Assembly: GCA_035548315.1 (NCBI GenBank)
Contig: DASZTF010000010.1
Coordinates: 1,721 to 65,720 of the forward strand
Source: Minisyncoccota bacterium
Lineage (GTDB): Bacteria; Patescibacteriota; Minisyncoccia; Phycocordibacterales; Phycocordibacteraceae
Direction of reading: 5' to 3'
Length of the DNA stretch: 64,000 bases
Shown here in pieces: positions 27,074 to 36,563 of this stretch. Position numbers and translations under genes: made by a program. The first letter of the stretch is position 1, and the number at the start of each line of letters is the position of its first letter. The notes under the pieces were generated by a model, which saw nothing but the letters and a program-made list of their open reading frames with translations, ran no database searches and was not told where the DNA came from.

Positions 27074-28078
27074 ATGTCAACCCCTCCCCAGGAAAATGCT
27101 AAGGTAGCCGACCAGCAATTGGACGCTGCACTGCGCCCCTCGTCCTGGGATGAATACGCCGGCCAGGCACATGTGAAAGCAAATGTGCGCATCGTCATCG
27201 ACGCCGCGCGACGCCGTAGCGGCATGCCCGAGCACTTTCTTTTCTACGGACCGCCAGGCGTTGGGAAAACGACCCTCGCGCACCTCATCGCGGTGTCGCT
27301 CGAAGCGCCGGTAAAGACGACTTCCGGTGTCGCGATCGAGCGCGCGGGCGATCTGGCCGCGATCCTCACCAACCTCGAGCCAAACACGGTGCTGTTTATC
27401 GATGAAATCCATCAGCTCTCACGCAAAATTGAGGAGCTCCTCTACCCCGCGCTTGAGTCCGGCCATCTCGACATCATCCTTGGTAAAGGGCCGTCCGCGC
27501 GCACGGTGGAACTCGCGCTCCCGCCGTTCACCCTCGTGGGTGCGACGACGAAAGTCGCCTCACTCTCTTCCCCACTGCGTTCGCGCTTCGGCGGTGGCGT
27601 ATACCAGCTCGATTTCTACTCAGACGAGGACATGCAGATGATTATCAAGCGCTCTGCAAAGAAACTCGGTCTCAAAGTGCCCGACGAAGTCATTGAAATG
27701 ATTGCGGCGCGCAGTCGCGCGACCCCGCGCATCGCGAATGCACTTCTCAAGCGCGTGCGCGACTTCTCAGAAGTGCAGGAACGTCCGATCACGCCAGAAC
27801 TCTGCGACGAAGCATGCAAACTGTTCGGCATCGATGAGCTCGGCCTTACCAAGGACGACCGCCGCTATCTTGAGACACTCGAGAAAGGATTCCGCGGTGG
27901 CCCGGCCGGCATCCGCGCCTTGGCAAGTTCCATGCATGAAGACGAGGAAACACTCGAGATGGTGTATGAGCCGTATCTCCTGCGCCTCGGGTTCATCGAG
28001 CGCTCGCTGCGCGGTCGTATGCTCACCCAAAAAGGCCACGCGTATCTAAAAGGTGAAGGTACTGAGACACTCCTATGA
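27074..28078 (+). CDS. ruvB: Holliday junction DNA helicase RuvB
   Basis: start moved to MSTPPQ; Walker A GPPGVGKTTLA, Walker B LFIDEIH, RuvB C-terminal winged helix. Confidence 0.9.
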   Translation: MSTPPQENAKVADQQLDAALRPSSWDEYAGQAHVKANVRIVIDAARRRSGMPEHFLFYGPPGVGKTTLAHLIAVSLEAPVKTTSGVAIERAGDLAAILTNLEPNTVLFIDEIHQLSRKIEELLYPALESGHLDIILGKGPSARTVELALPPFTLVGATTKVASLSSPLRSRFGGGVYQLDFYSDEDMQMIIKRSAKKLGLKVPDEVIEMIAARSRATPRIANALLKRVRDFSEVQERPITPELCDEACKLFGIDELGLTKDDRRYLETLEKGFRGGPAGIRALASSMHEDEETLEMVYEPYLLRLGFIERSLRGRMLTQKGHAYLKGEGTETLL

Positions 28079-28527
28079 ATCAGAGAGAGGTTGAGCAGCT
28101 AGTCGATTATATCGCTGAGCATGGCGCTAAGGCCCTTACTGAGAAAACCAACTCTCCCGCCGCCCTCGACTACGTAGCAGTTTTTAGCAAGAACTCAGCG
28201 GAGTTCGAGGAACTACTTGCATGTGCAAAGACGCTCGGAGAGGAGGTCGACAGCCTGACACAGAAAACTGGCCACACATTTAAGCTGCGTGCGCCGATGC
28301 ATACGTTAGTCGGCGACCTCTCCTTGCTTAAGGTAAGGAGGCCAGACATCACGAGGCCGCAGCGAGGAGCTCCCGATTTTGTCGTACCCGATTATGAAGG
28401 ATTCAAGAAAACGTATCTACCGACCAGCGGCGATTTCACCCTCATGTTTCATCCGCACGCAGAGATGGTCGAATTGAAAGGTGACGATGTTCTTGTGTAT
28501 ATTAAGGAACGACATTTAACTCTTTAG
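28075..28527 (+). CDS. hypothetical protein
   Basis: 150-aa ORF overlapping the ruvB stop; no recognisable motif. Confidence 0.4.
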   Translation: MNQREVEQLVDYIAEHGAKALTEKTNSPAALDYVAVFSKNSAEFEELLACAKTLGEEVDSLTQKTGHTFKLRAPMHTLVGDLSLLKVRRPDITRPQRGAPDFVVPDYEGFKKTYLPTSGDFTLMFHPHAEMVELKGDDVLVYIKERHLTL

Positions 28528-28529
28528 AT

Positions 28530-29096
28530 ATGGCGGGACACAGCAAATGGGCACAAATTAAGCGAGCGAAGGCGGTGACGGACGCTGCGAGGAGCCGCGT
28601 GTTCTCGCGTTTTGCTCGACTGATTACGCTTGAATCCAAGAAGACCGGCGGGAAAGTAGACTCCCCTACGCTCAAAGCCGTCATCGACCGCGCGAAGGCG
28701 GCGAACATGCCCAAGGACAACATCGAGCGCGCCGTGGCGAAAGGTATTTCCAAAGACTCTGGAGACCTCGAGCAGGTCGTGTATGAAGCATACGGACCAG
28801 GGGGCGTCGCGATTGTCGTCGATGCGCTTACTGATAGCAGGAACCGCACCACGCAGGAAGTGAAGCTGGTATTTACGAAAAACGAAATTGAGATGGCGAC
28901 ACCAGGCAGCGCTTCATGGGCATTCACCAAGTCGTACGAAGGATTCACGGCGAACGAACCGCTCATGGATATCGCGGGCGAAGACGAAGAAAAACTCCAG
29001 AACCTCCTTTCCCAGCTCGATGAGCAGGACGATGTGCAGGCCGTGTACACAAATGCTCGTGGCTATGAATCGACCGCAGAAAGTGAGGGTGAGTAA
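28530..29096 (+). CDS. yebC: YebC/PmpR-family transcriptional regulator
   Basis: 188 aa; MAGHSKWAQIKRAK N-terminus is diagnostic. Confidence 0.85.
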   Translation: MAGHSKWAQIKRAKAVTDAARSRVFSRFARLITLESKKTGGKVDSPTLKAVIDRAKAANMPKDNIERAVAKGISKDSGDLEQVVYEAYGPGGVAIVVDALTDSRNRTTQEVKLVFTKNEIEMATPGSASWAFTKSYEGFTANEPLMDIAGEDEEKLQNLLSQLDEQDDVQAVYTNARGYESTAESEGE

Positions 29097-29562
29097 CCGC
29101 GTACTCGCGGTGGACCCAGGATACGACCGACTCGGACTCGCCGTGCTTGAAGGCGACCCGAGTAAACCCACACTCGTGTGGAGCGACTGCGTGACTCCAG
29201 AGAAAGGTGACGCATACGAGCGGCTCGGCGCGGTGCTTGGAGCAGTGGAGAGCGCGATCAAGAAACACAAACCAAATGCGCTCGCGATCGAGACACTGTT
29301 CTTCAGTAAAAATGTGAAGACCGCACTCGGTGTGGCGGAAGCGCGGGGGGCGATACTGGCCGCAGCCGGGAAGGCAGGGCTGCGCGTGATGGAATTCTCC
29401 CCTGCCCATGTGAAGATCGCGGTGACTGGATATGGCAACGCAGATAAAAAGGCCGTGGCGAGTATGGTGCCCAAACTCGTCACGCTTTCAAAAAAGAAGC
29501 GGCTCGACGACGAGCTCGACGCCATCGCCGTGGGCATCGCAGCGTTGCCATCGCTTCGGTAA
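29065..29562 (+). CDS. ruvC: crossover junction endodeoxyribonuclease RuvC
   Basis: LAVDPGYDRLGLAV catalytic-Asp N-terminus and RuvC fold; start ambiguous (ATG 29065 or GTG ~29089). Confidence 0.8.
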   Translation: MNRPQKVRVSNRVLAVDPGYDRLGLAVLEGDPSKPTLVWSDCVTPEKGDAYERLGAVLGAVESAIKKHKPNALAIETLFFSKNVKTALGVAEARGAILAAAGKAGLRVMEFSPAHVKIAVTGYGNADKKAVASMVPKLVTLSKKKRLDDELDAIAVGIAALPSLR

Positions 29563-29754
29563 CCTTCCCGAGACAGCCGCGGCGCGGAGCAGGCATTGTC
29601 CGAGCAGGGGCTGACTGCCGAGCGGCATGAGCGTACCCTGCGAGGGCGATGCCTGCGGAGCGCCGGCTATCCACACACCGACTTTTACACACTTGCCAAT
29701 GGCAATCGGTTTGAGAAACTAGGGACACTCCGATGCGGAGTTAACTAATTTCAC

Positions 29755-29859
29755 ATGGACGAACAGGACAAGGACATGGGCGACGAGATGGAGAGCGAGG
29801 ACGAGATGGGCGGAGACGCCGATGAGTCCGAGGAAGAAGGCGACGACGCAGCGATGTGA
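29755..29859 (+). CDS. candidate 34-aa highly acidic micro-protein
   Basis: ATG with GGAG 10 nt upstream; MDEQDKDMGDEMESEDEMGGDADESEEEGDDAAM; immediately followed by a strong terminator. Confidence 0.3.
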   Translation: MDEQDKDMGDEMESEDEMGGDADESEEEGDDAAM

Positions 29860-29860
29860 C

Positions 29861-29892
29861 CAAAAAGCCCCGCACTACGCGGGGCTTTTTCG
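29861..29892 (+). terminator. rho-independent terminator aaaaagccccgc-acta-cgcggggctttttcg
   Basis: 8-bp GC stem plus T-run. Confidence 0.7.
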
Positions 29893-29907
29893 TGGTAGCA
29901 TGCCCGC

Positions 29908-32040
29908 ATGGCGCGCAAGCACCACCCCATCCGCGATCCGCACCCCGTGCTGAAAATTGTGTTCTTCGCTGTCGGCATCGGACTCGTGCTCGGCGCGCTC
30001 GGCATCCTCTGGATCGCGCTCACCCCTACCCCGGACCTCTCCTCGTTTGAAAATCGTAAGATCACTGAGTCGACCAAGATCTACGACCGCACCGGCACCA
30101 CCGTGCTCTACGACCTCGACACCGACGCCAAGCGCGATAGCGTCTCGCTCTCCGATATCGCACCCAATGTCCAGCACGCGACGATCGCTATCGAGGACGC
30201 TGGGTTCTACCAGCACGGTGGCATCAGCATCACGGGCATCATCCGCTCGCTCATCGCAGACATATTCTCAGGAGGGTTCAGCCAGGGCGGGTCCACCATA
30301 ACCCAGCAGGTGGTGAAGAACACGCTGCTTACCGGTGATAAAAGCATCTCGCGCAAGATCCATGAGTGGATCCTCGCGATCAAACTGGAACAGGTGTACA
30401 GCAAAGACCAAATCCTCGAGTTCTACCTGAACGACACGCCCTACGGCGGCCCCTACTACGGCGTGGAGGCAGCGTCGGAAGCGTTCTTCGGCAAGTCCGC
30501 GAAGGATGTCGACCTCGCAGAGGCCGCATACCTCGCCGCGCTCCCCCAGGCACCCACCTACTACTCGCCGTATGGCGATAACCGCGCCGCGCTCGACGCA
30601 CGCAAGAACACCGTACTCGACCGCATGCTCGAGCTCGGCTACATCACGCAGGACGAGCGCGACCAGGCGAAGGCAGAAGTAGTGGCGTTCAACCCGCAGT
30701 CATCATCCTCCATCATCGCGCCGCACTTCGTCTTCTACATCGAGCAGTACCTCGAGAATAAATACGGGCCAGACGCCGTCGATAGCGGGCTCAAGGTGAT
30801 CACCACGCTCGATACCGACCTCCAGCACGATGTGGAGACCACCGTCGCGCAGTACGCACCGGGGAATCTCAAGAATTTCAAAGCAAGCAATGAAGCCGTC
30901 GTGGCAATCGATCCCAAGACCGGTCAGATACTCGCGATGCTCGGTAGTAAGAATTACTTCGACCCGACAATCGACGGTAATTACAACTCCGCGCTGGCTA
31001 ATCGCCAGCCAGGATCGTCCTTCAAGCCATTCGTGTATGCGGCTGCGCTCGCCAAGGGCTACACGCCAGACACGGCGATATTCGACTTGCCCACGCAGTT
31101 CTCCACCTCCTGCTCGCCGACCGACAACACGAACGACACCCCGCCCTGCTATTCTCCGAGCGACTACGATGGAAAGTTCCGTGGCCCGATGACATTCACC
31201 ACCGCGCTCGCGCAGTCGATCAACGTCCCGGCGGTGAAGGTGCTCTACCTCGCGGGTATCCAGAACGTGATCAATCTCGCCACCGCTGCGGGTATCAGTA
31301 CGCTCGACACACCCGCGCACTACGGCCTCTCGCTCGCGCTCGGTGCGGCAGAAGTGAAACTGCTCGATCTCACCGACGCCTACGCGACGCTCGCGAATGG
31401 CGGCGTACATAATCCGCCGACCGGCATCCTCTCGGTCACGGACGCAAGCGGCAATGTGCTCGAGCAGTACCAGCCCCAGCAGACACAGGTGATCGACCCG
31501 AGTGTGGCCGCGGGTGTGTCGTCGATGCTCTCGAATAACGCAGCACGCTTCCCCGAATATCCACCGGATAACCCGCTCAATTTCAGCGGCTACGACGTGG
31601 CCGTGAAGACGGGTACGACGAACGACTACCGCGACGCATGGACCGTGGGCTACTCGCCGAACATCGTGATCGGTGCGTGGGCGGGTAACAATGACAACAG
31701 CCCGATGGTGAAGGAAATCGCAGGGTACATCGTGGCGCCGATGTGGCACGCCATCATGGCGCAGGCGCTCGCCAAGTATCCGGTCGCATATTTCGACCAG
31801 CCACCAGCCACGCCGCAGGATGCAAAGCCCGTGTTCTTCGGTAACTACTCCGCGAGCGGCGTCCACAGCCTGCTCTACTATGTGAACCGCAGCGATCCCA
31901 CCGGCCCCACGCCGTCATTCCCCGCGAGCGATCCGCAGTACACCTACTGGGAATACCCTGTCCAGCTCTGGGCCGCTGGCAATCCCGGCGCTGCGCAGCA
32001 GAATCAAAACCAGTTCACCTCAACTACGACCGGTCAGTAG
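29908..32040 (+). CDS. penicillin-binding protein 1A (bifunctional transglycosylase/transpeptidase)
   Basis: 710 aa; N-terminal TM, GT51 motifs (EDAGFYQHGG, TITQQ), transpeptidase SxxK/KTG motifs. Confidence 0.85.
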   Translation: MARKHHPIRDPHPVLKIVFFAVGIGLVLGALGILWIALTPTPDLSSFENRKITESTKIYDRTGTTVLYDLDTDAKRDSVSLSDIAPNVQHATIAIEDAGFYQHGGISITGIIRSLIADIFSGGFSQGGSTITQQVVKNTLLTGDKSISRKIHEWILAIKLEQVYSKDQILEFYLNDTPYGGPYYGVEAASEAFFGKSAKDVDLAEAAYLAALPQAPTYYSPYGDNRAALDARKNTVLDRMLELGYITQDERDQAKAEVVAFNPQSSSSIIAPHFVFYIEQYLENKYGPDAVDSGLKVITTLDTDLQHDVETTVAQYAPGNLKNFKASNEAVVAIDPKTGQILAMLGSKNYFDPTIDGNYNSALANRQPGSSFKPFVYAAALAKGYTPDTAIFDLPTQFSTSCSPTDNTNDTPPCYSPSDYDGKFRGPMTFTTALAQSINVPAVKVLYLAGIQNVINLATAAGISTLDTPAHYGLSLALGAAEVKLLDLTDAYATLANGGVHNPPTGILSVTDASGNVLEQYQPQQTQVIDPSVAAGVSSMLSNNAARFPEYPPDNPLNFSGYDVAVKTGTTNDYRDAWTVGYSPNIVIGAWAGNNDNSPMVKEIAGYIVAPMWHAIMAQALAKYPVAYFDQPPATPQDAKPVFFGNYSASGVHSLLYYVNRSDPTGPTPSFPASDPQYTYWEYPVQLWAAGNPGAAQQNQNQFTSTTTGQ

Positions 32041-32041
32041 G

Positions 32042-32614
32042 TTAGTTGCTTCTAGCAGCCGCCTTCTTCCAACCACCTCTAAGAGTCAGCGAGTCTGGTT
32101 TCTGGTAAATAATTTTGGCCATACTTATTAATTTCTGATTGACGGTCAACCCCCATCCCTTCATGCCACCGTTCCAATACTTCAAGGCCATAAATTGATC
32201 CCAAGTTAGCTCAAGGATTAAGTCTGCCTGTAGGTCCCGGTCGAGGACAACAATTACCACGTACTCGAATTTCTGTTCTGTCGGTTCTTGATGACTTTCG
32301 GCAAGACCGGCAAATATTCCCGTGTTCACGGTCTTTTGCGAAACAGTTTTTATGGTATACCGCTTCCCCTCTCCACTAAGAGCGTCGACGTTCTTAGTTA
32401 GCTCTCGTGCTGCTTGGAGTTTCGGGAGGCCTATTGTCTCTTTGTAAGCCTTTATCGCCAGAAACTCTCCGCGCTCGCCTGTTATATTGCGCGTTCGGAC
32501 CAACTTTCTATCCCTTAACTCTTGAACTAGGTGCGCGTATAAACCCCAAACCGTATCATCAGAAACTTTTGCTACTTCCTTCTTCAAATTCTCGAGTTCG
32601 AGATTTTTGCTCAT
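32042..32614 (-). CDS. hypothetical protein, low-GC single-gene insertion (possible nuclease fold)
   Basis: 190 aa; ~45% GC versus ~62% flanks; ATG overlaps dnaN stop (ATGA); no confident family assignment. Confidence 0.5.
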   Translation of the reverse strand: MSKNLELENLKKEVAKVSDDTVWGLYAHLVQELRDRKLVRTRNITGERGEFLAIKAYKETIGLPKLQAARELTKNVDALSGEGKRYTIKTVSQKTVNTGIFAGLAESHQEPTEQKFEYVVIVVLDRDLQADLILELTWDQFMALKYWNGGMKGWGLTVNQKLISMAKIIYQKPDSLTLRGGWKKAAARSN

Positions 32615-33711
32615 TGATTCATCGGCATTACTAAGTAGAGGAAGGAGGCGTCGCCTTGGCCACGGATGACGAGGGGGCGCCCGATACCGCCTGAGGAGAG
32701 GGTGAGGTTCTCGGTAGAGATGAGCGGGAGCGGCGCGGCGAGGTACCGGTGGTTGAATGAGAGCTCGACTCCCTCCCCCGTGGTGGCTGCAGCGATGTCC
32801 TCACTCGACTCGCCCACGTCGGAATTGCGCGAGGAGAACACAAGGTGCTTGCCTTTTATATCGAACCCAAGCCGCACCTTCTGGAATGAGTCTGAGAACA
32901 CCGACACGCGGCGCACTGCCGCTTCAAAGTCCTTCCGGAGCACCGTCGCTTCCGCAGCAAAGTGCTTCGGGATGATCTGGGTGTAGTCCGGGTACTGCGC
33001 CGCGACGAGGCGCGTCGTGATCACCCCTCCCTTCCATGCGCACGCGCACTGGTGTTCATCCACCGTGAGAGTCACGTCTACACCCTCTGGAAGCGTCCCT
33101 AGGATGTCTGCCGCATTCTTTGCAGGGATGAGTACTTTAAATGGTTTACCGCCCTTTTCCGCCGGAATTTTCTTCTCTGAGAGGCGGAATGAGTCTGATG
33201 CCGCCGCGATAAGCATGCCGCCCTCGCTCGCAAGCATCACACTCGCGAGTTCTGGGCGCACGGTGGAGGTCGACGCACACGCTACTACCGAGCCGATAAG
33301 GCTCCCGAGCGTGCTCGAGGGTAGGGTGAAAGTGAGGTCGCCGGACTTGGGTATAGGAATGACTGGGAAATCCTCGGCGGGGAGTGTCTTGAGGGTGCTT
33401 TTCCCCGCGCCCGTGATGACGGCAGTGTCCCCCGCGTGCTCGATGGTGATAGAGCCCGAGCCGGAAAGAGATCCTGCCACCTCGCGGAGGATATTGGCCG
33501 GGAGTACCATCACTCCCTCACTCTTGATCAAGCCCTCGACCCGCAGGTCGATACCGGTCTCGAGGTTCGTAGCGCGCATTTTGATGCCGTCATCCCCTGC
33601 GACAATCGCAATGCCTGAAAGCGCAGGAAGGGTCGCCGAGCGCCGCTCCGCGAATCGAGCTGCGATGTGGACTGCGTCTTTGAATGCATTTTTTTCTATA
33701 GTGATAACCAT
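32611..33711 (-). CDS. dnaN: DNA polymerase III beta sliding clamp
   Basis: 366 aa, three-domain clamp; position downstream of dnaA. Confidence 0.85.
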   Translation of the reverse strand: MVITIEKNAFKDAVHIAARFAERRSATLPALSGIAIVAGDDGIKMRATNLETGIDLRVEGLIKSEGVMVLPANILREVAGSLSGSGSITIEHAGDTAVITGAGKSTLKTLPAEDFPVIPIPKSGDLTFTLPSSTLGSLIGSVVACASTSTVRPELASVMLASEGGMLIAAASDSFRLSEKKIPAEKGGKPFKVLIPAKNAADILGTLPEGVDVTLTVDEHQCACAWKGGVITTRLVAAQYPDYTQIIPKHFAAEATVLRKDFEAAVRRVSVFSDSFQKVRLGFDIKGKHLVFSSRNSDVGESSEDIAAATTGEGVELSFNHRYLAAPLPLISTENLTLSSGGIGRPLVIRGQGDASFLYLVMPMNQ

Positions 33712-33927
33712 ACCTATGTTTATTATTAGGGGTGTTGATATGGGGAGAACCCAATTTCACGGCTTATTTCCAAGCTATCCTGGCGACTCTCTATTTGATA
33801 ACTCACGGAAAGAGCTGGGACAGCACTGGGGAAACTTTCACCCGACCCCATGGTCCTTAGAAAACCCCTCATTTCTTCCCCACCCGTTTTCATCATTGTC
33901 CGCAGGTTTTCCATACCATTATCCCCA
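33712..33927. promoter_or_regulatory. candidate oriC / DnaA-box region (AT-rich dnaA-dnaN spacer)
   Basis: 216-bp AT-rich spacer with DnaA-box-like 9-mers ttatcccca (33919-33927), ttttccata (33907-33915), ttgtccgca (33896-33904). Confidence 0.4.
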
Positions 33928-35274
33928 TCATACCAACAGCCCACGCACGTTCTGTATCTCCTTCGCAAGCACGGCGTCCTCGGCTACCTCCTTCTTTATT
34001 TTCTCGCAGGAGTGGATCACGGTCGTGTGGTCCCTACCCCCGAGCTTGGTCCCGATCGCGGGATAAGAGACGTTGAAGTCCTCGCGCAGGATGTACATGA
34101 TCACCTGGCGCGGGCGCACAATCTCCTTACGCCGTGTCTTTTCATAGATCGATTCCTCATCGATGCCGTAGAATTCCGCCACCTTCGATACTACGTTCTT
34201 AATCGACACCGTCTTTGCAGGGCGCGAGAAGGAGCGCAGCGACTGGCGGATCTCAGCGAGATCGGGCGCGGTACCCTTCACCTGCGCGTGGCACACCACT
34301 GAATTGATCACACCCTCGAGTTCGCGGATCGAACCTGGGACCGAGGTCGCGATGTACTCGATGACGTCTTCCCCAAGCGTAATGCCATGGATAGCGACCT
34401 TTTTCCGTACGATGGCGATGCGGCTCTCAGTATCGGGTTCCCCGATATCGATGGTCATACCGCTCGCGAGGCGCCCGCGCAGGCGCTCGGCGATATCAGG
34501 GATGGACGCGGGCGATCTATCGGACGAGAAGATGATCTGCTTGTTGTTGTCGTAGAGGGCGTTGAAGAGGTGGAAGAGCTCCTCCTGCATTTTTTCTTTC
34601 TTCGAGAGGAACTGGATGTCGTCCATGATAAGGAGGTCGTACTGGCGGTACTTCTCCTTGAAACGGTTGGCGGTACCGGAGCCGATCGAGTCGGTGTAGT
34701 CGACGCCGAACTTCTCCGAGGTGAGATAGAAGACCTTTCTGTTGGGATAGAGCTTCTTGTACTGGTTCCCGATGGCCTGGATGAGGTGGGTCTTACCGCG
34801 CCCCGTGTCTCCGTAGAGGAAGAGTGGGTTGTAGGTGATCCCGGGGCGGTTGATCGCTGCCTCTGCTGCCTTGTACGCGAGTTCATTAAAGGCGCCGATC
34901 ACGAACGTATCGAAGGTGTAGCGGGGGTTGAGGTTGTCGCTCTTATTAATATAGAACTCGTCGAGCGGGAGTTTGCTCTCTTCTCGGGAGACCTTTACTT
35001 CCTTGGGTTTGCGGCGGTCGTCTTTGACGATGAGGTACTCGATATTGCGGTACTCATACGACACGGTGCGGACGATCTTGAGAAGGAGGGTATGAAACTT
35101 CCGGAGGTACCAGTCCCGGAAGAACTGGCTCGGGACGCCTACGTAGACGATGCCGTCCTCGATTTTCACTATGGAGGAGTCGCGGAACCAGGTGTTGAAG
35201 TTCGCTGGACTGACCGAGAGCTCTACCTGGGTGAGCATATGTTCCCAGAGTTCTCGAGGGTCGGAGCGATTCAT
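33928..35274 (-). CDS. dnaA: chromosomal replication initiator DnaA
   Basis: 448 aa; AAA+ Walker [11 protein letters not shown] and C-terminal DnaA-box-binding domain. Confidence 0.9.
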   Translation of the reverse strand: MNRSDPRELWEHMLTQVELSVSPANFNTWFRDSSIVKIEDGIVYVGVPSQFFRDWYLRKFHTLLLKIVRTVSYEYRNIEYLIVKDDRRKPKEVKVSREESKLPLDEFYINKSDNLNPRYTFDTFVIGAFNELAYKAAEAAINRPGITYNPLFLYGDTGRGKTHLIQAIGNQYKKLYPNRKVFYLTSEKFGVDYTDSIGSGTANRFKEKYRQYDLLIMDDIQFLSKKEKMQEELFHLFNALYDNNKQIIFSSDRSPASIPDIAERLRGRLASGMTIDIGEPDTESRIAIVRKKVAIHGITLGEDVIEYIATSVPGSIRELEGVINSVVCHAQVKGTAPDLAEIRQSLRSFSRPAKTVSIKNVVSKVAEFYGIDEESIYEKTRRKEIVRPRQVIMYILREDFNVSYPAIGTKLGGRDHTTVIHSCEKIKKEVAEDAVLAKEIQNVRGLLV

Positions 35275-35361
35275 GCCCCGTCATTATACGCTTGCCGCTC
35301 ACAAGCGAAAGCCCGAGCTTTCTTGCGTACCGGTGGGGAAACTGTTAACATCCTGTGCATA

Positions 35362-35499
35362 ATGGCGAAGCGAACATACCAGCCCAAGAAACGGAAGCGC
35401 GCTCGCACGCACGGCTATCGCAGCCGCGCGACGTCCTCGACGGGTCGCCGGGTCATCTCCCGTCGCCGCCGCAAGGGCCGCGCTCGCCTCACGGTCTAG
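35362..35499 (+). CDS. rpmH: 50S ribosomal protein L34
   Basis: [45 protein letters not shown]; the long ORF-track entry 34387..35499 is antisense to dnaA and only its last 46 codons are real. Confidence 0.85.
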   Translation: MAKRTYQPKKRKRARTHGYRSRATSSTGRRVISRRRRKGRARLTV

Positions 35500-35502
35500 C
35501 CT

Positions 35503-35814
35503 ATGCTGAAACGGACCTCCCGCCTCCCGCGGGAGGGCTTTCAGTCTGTCGCAGGGGGAAGGCGCCTTATTGCGCCGCATTTCAGCATTTCCTACCGCCC
35601 TGGGGCTGGCCAGGGGGCCGTGGTGGTGTCTAAGAAGGCCGCGCCCAAGTCCGTGGATCGCCACCTGGTGAAGCGTCGGGTCATGGACCTCATCCGCCCC
35701 CACATCGGGCACGGGGTATCGTTCATCGTCTATGCTCGCAAGGGCGCCGCTGCCCTGCCCTTCCGCGCTATCCGCGGGGAACTTGAGCCCTTATTTGCTA
35801 CACTGCACGTATGA
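35503..35814 (+). CDS. rnpA: ribonuclease P protein component
   Basis: 103 aa basic protein after rpmH; KRRVMDLIRP-type RnpA region. Confidence 0.8.
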   Translation: MLKRTSRLPREGFQSVAGGRRLIAPHFSISYRPGAGQGAVVVSKKAAPKSVDRHLVKRRVMDLIRPHIGHGVSFIVYARKGAAALPFRAIRGELEPLFATLHV

Positions 35815-36563
35815 TCGGCGCGCTCTTCCACACCTACCTCAGCATCCCTATCTATAACCTCCTCGTATTTTTTATCGGCATCATGCCTGGCGGCGATGTG
35901 GGTCTTGCCGTAATCGCAGTCACGCTCGTGGTGAAGATCATCATCCTCCCCCTTTCCTACTCTGCGGTGCGCACCCAGCGCGCGATGAAAGTGATCGAGC
36001 CCGAGCTCGCGGCTATCAAGGAAAAGTTCAAGAACGACAGCGGCGAACAAGCCCGCGAGCAGTTCGCGCTTTATAAAAAGTACAAAATCAATCCATTCGC
36101 AAGTTTCTTCACGCTGCTCATCCAGCTCCCCATCCTGCTCGCGCTTTACTGGGTATTCCGCGGTGAGGCGCTCCCCGCGATCGACGTGACCTCGCTCTAT
36201 TCATTCGTCTCGATTCCGGTCCACATCTCTACACAGCTGCTTGGCGTGTTCTTGGTCGTGGGCAAGAGCATCACGCTCGCGGTGCTCGCGGGCATCACGC
36301 AGTACCTCCAGGCGGTGTTCGCGATACCCACGCCACCTAAGACCAAGAACGGCGGCATGACCGAAGACTTTGGTCGTGCGATGGCGATGCAGGCACGTTT
36401 TGTGATCCCGTTCATCATCGCGCTCGTGTCCTATGAGACTTCAGGTGCCGTCGCGCTATACTTCGTCACGAGCAATATCGTGACACTCTTCCAGGAATTT
36501 CTCGTGCGCAAGCGCCCGCTCATCCCGCACACGGCCCGCACGGTAGAGGCAGTAGAAGTTTAA
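35811..36563 (+). CDS. yidC: membrane protein insertase YidC/Oxa1 (short form)
   Basis: 250 aa, five TM helices, conserved YidC core; rpmH-rnpA-yidC synteny. Confidence 0.85.
   Translation: MIGALFHTYLSIPIYNLLVFFIGIMPGGDVGLAVIAVTLVVKIIILPLSYSAVRTQRAMKVIEPELAAIKEKFKNDSGEQAREQFALYKKYKINPFASFFTLLIQLPILLALYWVFRGEALPAIDVTSLYSFVSIPVHISTQLLGVFLVVGKSITLAVLAGITQYLQAVFAIPTPPKTKNGGMTEDFGRAMAMQARFVIPFIIALVSYETSGAVALYFVTSNIVTLFQEFLVRKRPLIPHTARTVEAVEV

Noticed and set aside
34387-35499. 370-aa plus-strand ORF overlapping dnaA
   Set aside because: It is antisense to the well-supported dnaA gene in high-GC DNA. Only its last 46 codons (from ATG at 35362) are real, encoding ribosomal protein L34.
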